A stretch of 64,000 nucleotides of DNA, from assembly GCA_965222605.1 (NCBI GenBank), contig OZ244960.1, forward strand, positions 832,001-896,000, written 5' to 3'. This DNA comes from Candidatus Latescibacterota bacterium. GTDB taxonomy: Bacteria > Latescibacterota > UBA2968. Under the pieces are notes generated by a model that made no database searches, was not told the origin of the DNA, and saw only the letters and a list, made by a program, of their open reading frames with translations. The translations under genes were made by a program, and so were the position numbers. Of this stretch, positions 59,044 to 64,000 are shown one piece after another (position 1 is the first letter of the stretch; every line of letters starts with the position of its first letter).

Positions 59044-60042
59044 ATGAAAGCAATTCTCGTCGGCCTCGGTGGTCGTTCGCGTCACTGGCAGGCCGCCTGT
59101 GACCAACATCCCGAAGTGGAATTGGTCGCCTATGTTGAACCCTCAGAAGAAAATAAAAAACGCGCGATAGGAGAACGCGGTGTACCCGCGACTCTCATCT
59201 TCGACGACCTCAGCGATGCCGCCTCAGTAGAAACCGACTTTGTCGTAGATGTCACCCCACCCGCTGTTCACGAAACCATCGCGATGAAAGCCTTTGATGC
59301 GGGCCTCAATCTATTGGGCGAAAAACCCCTGAGCGATAACTTCGAAGCCGCCAAACGCGTCGTTGAAGCGGGCAAAAAAGCGGGTGTCAAACACATGATC
59401 ACGCAGAACTATCGCTTTAATGAACTGCCCCGCACCACTCGGCGCCTGCTCGAAGCCAGACATATTGGCGACGTGGCACAACTCGACGTATCGCTTTATG
59501 TCGATTGGGCAGACAACCCGGGCAGTCACTATGTGACGGAACCCTATATGTTCCTCACCGACATGGGCATCCACCACTTTGACATGATGCGCTATACCCT
59601 CAATGCCGACCCCGTCAGCGCACACGCCATCACCTGGAATTTACCCTGGGGCTGGCATCAGGGCGACGCCTGCCAGATTATCGTCTTCAAATTTGAAAAC
59701 GGCATTGTCGCTACACATCGCGGTATTGGCTGCACAATGGGACATGTGCCTGCGGGGCACAACGGCGAATGGCGATACGAAGGGCCAAAAGGCACGCTGA
59801 CGTGGGAGGGCTTTGACCTCTTTTACACACTCAAGCACAAACAGAATCCACAAATCCGCGAGCAAATTGAACTCGCCGAAACTGACGGACCGAATCCCGT
59901 GCTCAACGAATTTGTTCGCGCCCTTCGTGAAGATCGCCAACCCGAATGCAATGCCGAAGACAATCTAAAATCCATGTCCATGGTCTTTGGAGCGGTCACA
60001 AGTGCAAAGGAAGGACGGGAAGTGCAACTGTCAGAACTCTAA
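59044..60042 (+). CDS. Gfo/Idh/MocA oxidoreductase
   Basis: VGLGGR, GEKP, QNYR, DMGIHHFD. Confidence 0.9.
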   Translation: MKAILVGLGGRSRHWQAACDQHPEVELVAYVEPSEENKKRAIGERGVPATLIFDDLSDAASVETDFVVDVTPPAVHETIAMKAFDAGLNLLGEKPLSDNFEAAKRVVEAGKKAGVKHMITQNYRFNELPRTTRRLLEARHIGDVAQLDVSLYVDWADNPGSHYVTEPYMFLTDMGIHHFDMMRYTLNADPVSAHAITWNLPWGWHQGDACQIIVFKFENGIVATHRGIGCTMGHVPAGHNGEWRYEGPKGTLTWEGFDLFYTLKHKQNPQIREQIELAETDGPNPVLNEFVRALREDRQPECNAEDNLKSMSMVFGAVTSAKEGREVQLSEL

Positions 60043-60092
60043 GAAGGGGTCTGTGAGATTCTTGAATTGACATCAAAACAGATTGCACAATT

Positions 60093-60428
60093 ATGATTGT
60101 CCAATTTAGAGAACAGAATACCGAATATCTCGATCTCACGCCCAATCAATATTATGTTGTAATTGGGATAGAAGCCGATGATTTTAGAATCTTGAACGAC
60201 GCGGGCAGGCCCTTTCTCTACGATGCTACGTTGTTTGAGGTGGTCGATTCTAAGGAGCCAGATGATTGGGTCACAGAGATTGGCGAAGATGGCGAGCGTT
60301 ATGCTTACCCATTGCCGTTAAATTCGGTTGGTTTTTTTGAAGATTTTTTTGACGAAAAGAAAGACGCGATCGTCACATTCTGGCAGGTTGTCAATCATCA
60401 ACTTGCTGCTGCATCGGAAACTGTTTGA
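60093..60428 (+). CDS. Small acidic hypothetical protein (111 aa)
   Basis: Fills the gap between co-oriented genes; YVVIGIEADDFRILNDAGRPFLY beta-rich pattern; AT-richer than flanks. Confidence 0.7.
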   Translation: MIVQFREQNTEYLDLTPNQYYVVIGIEADDFRILNDAGRPFLYDATLFEVVDSKEPDDWVTEIGEDGERYAYPLPLNSVGFFEDFFDEKKDAIVTFWQVVNHQLAAASETV

Positions 60429-60443
60429 GATAAAGGAGAACAC

Positions 60444-61751
60444 ATGTCAGATCTTCAGGGTGACACAAACTGGTTTACGCATGATCGATTCGGACTATTC
60501 ATTCACTGGGGATTGTACGCATTGCCCGCGCGACACGAGTGGATAAAGCAGCGAGAAGAAATACCCGACGCGCAATACGACCGATATCTGAAATACTTCG
60601 ATCCGGATTTGTACGATCCCGAAGCGTGGGCAGATGCAGCAGCCAACGCGGGCATGAAATATTTTTGTATAACCACCAAACACCACGAAGGCTTCGCGCT
60701 GTGGGATTCCAAGCTGACGGAATACAAGGCGACCAATACACCCGCGCGCAGAGATTTGTTAAAACCCATGGTAGAAGCGTTTCGGTCGCGCGGAATGAAG
60801 GTCGGTTTTTACCATTCCCTGATCGACTGGCACCATCCGCATTTCAGAATCGACGCCATTCACAGCATGCGGAACCATCCCGATAAGGATAAACTGAATG
60901 AACCGCGCGATCAGGCCCAATACGCAGCGTATTTGCGCGGTCAGGTCCGCGAATTGCTCACCGAATACGGCAAAGTGGATATGCTATTTTACGATTTTAG
61001 CTATCCGGCTGGCGCAAGAGGCAGGCCCGAGGGTTTTGACGGCAAGGGACGAGATGATTGGAACAGTGTCGAACTGATGAAAATGACGCGCGAGTTGCAG
61101 CCGGGCATTGTGATTAACGACCGGCTGGATTTGGACGATGTGGAAGGCGGATGGGATTATCGCACGCCCGAACAATTTATGCCGCGCGAGTGGGTCACCT
61201 ATCAGGGTGAGCGCGTGTTGTGGGAGACATGCCAAACATTTTCGGGATCGTGGGGCTATCACCGCGATGAAACGAGTTGGAAAAGCGTCGAGCAACTGGT
61301 ACAAATGCTGATCGGTGTGGTAAGCCGCGGAGGCAATTTATTGCTCAATGTCGGACCGACCGGGCGCGGGGCGTTTGACGATCGGGCATTAAATTGCCTG
61401 AGCGGAATGGGCGAATGGATGAAATGGCACAGCCGATCCATTTACGGTTGTACTGCTGCGCCAGAGGAATTTCAGACGCCAGAGGATTGCCGCTTGACCT
61501 ACAACCCCGAGACCAATCGGATGTACGTACATTTGTTCACCTATCCATTTCGCCATCTGCATCTGGATGGATTTGCAAGCAAGGTAGAATACGCACAGTT
61601 ATTAAACGATGCTTCAGAAGTGCAATTTCACCAACCCCGCGCCGGACACACGGGAGACAGCGGTCCCGGAAGTGAAACGCTAACATTGGAATTGCCCGTG
61701 CAAAAACCCAATGTGACAGTGCCCGTGGTCGAGTTATTCTTAAAGGAGTGA
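60444..61751 (+). CDS. Alpha-L-fucosidase (GH29)
   Basis: RFGLFIHWG, TTKHHEGF, LFYD (nucleophile), INDR, LLLNVGP; no signal peptide. Confidence 0.93.
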   Translation: MSDLQGDTNWFTHDRFGLFIHWGLYALPARHEWIKQREEIPDAQYDRYLKYFDPDLYDPEAWADAAANAGMKYFCITTKHHEGFALWDSKLTEYKATNTPARRDLLKPMVEAFRSRGMKVGFYHSLIDWHHPHFRIDAIHSMRNHPDKDKLNEPRDQAQYAAYLRGQVRELLTEYGKVDMLFYDFSYPAGARGRPEGFDGKGRDDWNSVELMKMTRELQPGIVINDRLDLDDVEGGWDYRTPEQFMPREWVTYQGERVLWETCQTFSGSWGYHRDETSWKSVEQLVQMLIGVVSRGGNLLLNVGPTGRGAFDDRALNCLSGMGEWMKWHSRSIYGCTAAPEEFQTPEDCRLTYNPETNRMYVHLFTYPFRHLHLDGFASKVEYAQLLNDASEVQFHQPRAGHTGDSGPGSETLTLELPVQKPNVTVPVVELFLKE

Positions 61752-61755
61752 AAAG

Positions 61756-62463
61756 ATGACAATGACTGAAACGACCTTACGAAAACTCAGTACCGACGAG
61801 TTGGCGGTCTATCGCGAACAGGGCTATGTGATTGTGCCAGACGTCTTTCCGTTGGGGGAACTCGCGGAAATTGACCGCGAAATCGATCGGATTCAGGAAA
61901 CACAAAAAGAAACGGGGCGCAACAGGGGATGGGTCATGCAGTTGGGATTGCGATCAGATGTGACCCGTCAATTTGCACAGGATGAGCGGGTATTGGCACT
62001 GATCGAAGATATAGTCAAACCCGGCATTTCGATTTATTCGGCCAAGTTGACGGCAAAAGTGCCGCACTCCAACGACATCTGTCACTGGCACCAGGACAAT
62101 GCGTATTACAACACGCGTGCCCTGAGCAAAACGCGCATGTCCACCTGGATACCGTTACAAGATGCAGATGAGACAAATGGATGTTTGTGGGTCGTGCCGC
62201 ACAGCCACAAGGGCGGCGTGGTCACGCATGGGCCATTTGGCGGACAATGCCCAAAGTGTATGGGCCCAGCCGATCTCATGTTCGACGATGCGATTCCATG
62301 CCCTGTGAAAGCCGGGGATATCCTTTTATTCCACGCCTGTTTATGGCATCATTCCAAAGGCAACCAGACAGACCACGTGCGGCGGGCATTTATTGTCTCA
62401 TATCAAGAAGCCACCGTGCCGCGTGGCAATGGCGATCAATATAAAATTCTGAGGTCAGCGTAG
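61756..62463 (+). CDS. Phytanoyl-CoA dioxygenase family (PhyH) protein
   Basis: YREQGY, WHQD, NGCLWVVPHSH, WHHS..N..RR. Confidence 0.9.
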   Translation: MTMTETTLRKLSTDELAVYREQGYVIVPDVFPLGELAEIDREIDRIQETQKETGRNRGWVMQLGLRSDVTRQFAQDERVLALIEDIVKPGISIYSAKLTAKVPHSNDICHWHQDNAYYNTRALSKTRMSTWIPLQDADETNGCLWVVPHSHKGGVVTHGPFGGQCPKCMGPADLMFDDAIPCPVKAGDILLFHACLWHHSKGNQTDHVRRAFIVSYQEATVPRGNGDQYKILRSA

Positions 62464-62479
62464 AAAGACGTGCCGAGTA

Positions 62480-64000
62480 ATGACGCGCCTTCACACCCCC
62501 ATCCGCATATTATCCTTCCTTTTCCTGTGCGCTTCCCTATTGCACGCCCCCACATGGGCGCAATCTCAGGCAACCACCGGCGTTATCCGCGGCTCTGTGC
62601 GGGATCAGTTTGGCAACCCCATTGGCAATGCCGCCATCGCGCTCAAAGAAACCAGCACCAATTACCAGCGAACCCTCACATCCTCCAATCTGGGGATATT
62701 CACCGCGACCTTGTTGCCCCTGGGTTTTTACGACATAACAGTACAGGCGACGGGACAGGCAGAAGTGCGCCAAACAGGGGTGCAGGTGCGGGTCGGCGAG
62801 ACAGTGGAACTCATCTTCAAAATGGCACTGCAAATGGATGAGGTCGTCATTGAGGCGACGAGACCCGCCGTTGACATCACCCAGAGTGAAACAGCTACGC
62901 GCCTGCCCGAAGAAGCCGTGCAGGACTTGCCCAACAACGGGCGCAATTTTCTCAACCTCACGCTATTGACCCCGGGTGTGAGCATCGTGCAAGGACCTGA
63001 CGGCGATGAATTGACCATTGCCGGGCAGCGCGGCATACACAACAATATCTCGGTAGATGGCGCGGATTTCAACAACCCCTTCTTCGGCGAACAGCGCGGC
63101 GGACAGCGCCCTGCCTTCACCTTTAATCTGGACGCAGTAGCGGAAATCGTAGTCGTGCCCCAGGGAGCCAATGCCGAATTCGGACGCTCCAGCGGCGGCT
63201 TTGTCAATGTCATCACCAAATCGGGCACCAACCAATTCCACGGCTCCGTGCATTTTTTTGGCAAACACGATGCCCTATCCGGCATAGCCAGACACAACGG
63301 GATGGAACGCACGCCCGATTTCAAGCAGGGACAGTTCGGCTTCACTTTGGGTGGCCCGTTAAAAAAGAACAGGGCATTCTTCTTTGCCGCGTACGACCAG
63401 CAGATTTTCAGAGACACCAGACAGAACAATATCGAGCGCGGAGATACCCGCCTGCGCCACCTCATGTCCACCGCGTTTAACCTGTCCGATGACTACGGCG
63501 CCATTGACCGCACCAATGATGCCCGCGCTTTTCTACTCAAAGTCGATTACCATCTGTCGGACGAGCACTCCGCCACCTTCAAATACAATTACACCTGGTC
63601 CGAACAGAAAAACGGCACCTTTGATGTTGACTCGTGGGCGCGCAGCGCCAATGCGATTGAAAGGGACTGGTCACACGCTTTCAACGGCAGTCTGGTATCG
63701 CTTCTTTCCACCAGCACGATCAACGAGTTCCGCTTCCAAATCGCCCGGGAAGATCGCCCGCGTCCCTACGGCGGACCGCAGAACCCCAGCACCAGGCGAC
63801 CCTTTCCCGATACGGGCATGGATTTTCTACACGGCTATCGCTTTGGCATGCCCTTCTTTATCCCAGTCGAATACTACGACACACGCATCCAGTTACTCAA
63901 CAATATCTCCATAAGCAAGGGCAATCATCTGATCAAAGCCGGGATCGAGTGGAACCGCGTCGAATCCGTGCAAACCTTTATCGGTTTTGCCAATGGACGC
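62480..64000 (+). CDS. TonB-dependent receptor, Oar-like (partial, runs off window)
   Basis: Not in the ORF track because it has no stop; signal peptide ...TWA-QSQATTG, carboxypeptidase-regulatory-like domain, LPNNGRNF, VDGAD, AEFGRSSGGFVNVITKSGTN. Confidence 0.88.
   Translation, partial: MTRLHTPIRILSFLFLCASLLHAPTWAQSQATTGVIRGSVRDQFGNPIGNAAIALKETSTNYQRTLTSSNLGIFTATLLPLGFYDITVQATGQAEVRQTGVQVRVGETVELIFKMALQMDEVVIEATRPAVDITQSETATRLPEEAVQDLPNNGRNFLNLTLLTPGVSIVQGPDGDELTIAGQRGIHNNISVDGADFNNPFFGEQRGGQRPAFTFNLDAVAEIVVVPQGANAEFGRSSGGFVNVITKSGTNQFHGSVHFFGKHDALSGIARHNGMERTPDFKQGQFGFTLGGPLKKNRAFFFAAYDQQIFRDTRQNNIERGDTRLRHLMSTAFNLSDDYGAIDRTNDARAFLLKVDYHLSDEHSATFKYNYTWSEQKNGTFDVDSWARSANAIERDWSHAFNGSLVSLLSTSTINEFRFQIAREDRPRPYGGPQNPSTRRPFPDTGMDFLHGYRFGMPFFIPVEYYDTRIQLLNNISISKGNHLIKAGIEWNRVESVQTFIGFANGR

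Overview
A gene-dense bacterial chromosomal window with no rRNA, CRISPR array, integrase or transposase visible. It carries three tRNA genes: Leu-TAA, Cys-GCA and Leu-CAG. The catabolic genes include a TIM-barrel isomerase, sulfatases, an acetoin/2-oxoacid dehydrogenase E2-E1alpha-E1beta set, four PhyH-family dioxygenases, a GH29 fucosidase, a UxuA-like dehydratase, MDH and a cobalt-type nitrile hydratase operon. There are also transporters, TPR proteins and a truncated TonB-dependent receptor. The gene mix resembles Latescibacterota/Gemmatimonadota-like diderm heterotrophs, but this is inference only. The most distinctive region is an ~18 kb minus-strand, eight-gene MoxR-vWA operon (9.5-27.5 kb) with a TPR-zincin protease at one end and a caspase-fold protein with Ser at the catalytic Cys position at the other. 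It is interrupted at two junctions by defence-type cassettes: a Schlafen/AlbA_2 gene with an AbrB-VapC pair, and a chimeric Fic/ATPase-tail ORF with an ABC-ATPase and a DUF4276-like TOPRIM protein. Other notable signals are a T10 homopolymer frameshift in a signal peptide, an in-frame internally deleted sulfatase, a toxin stub after an orphan antitoxin, an AT-rich M16 peptidase pair, and REP and short tandem-repeat relics. All family calls come from motifs recognised by eye; no database searches were run.
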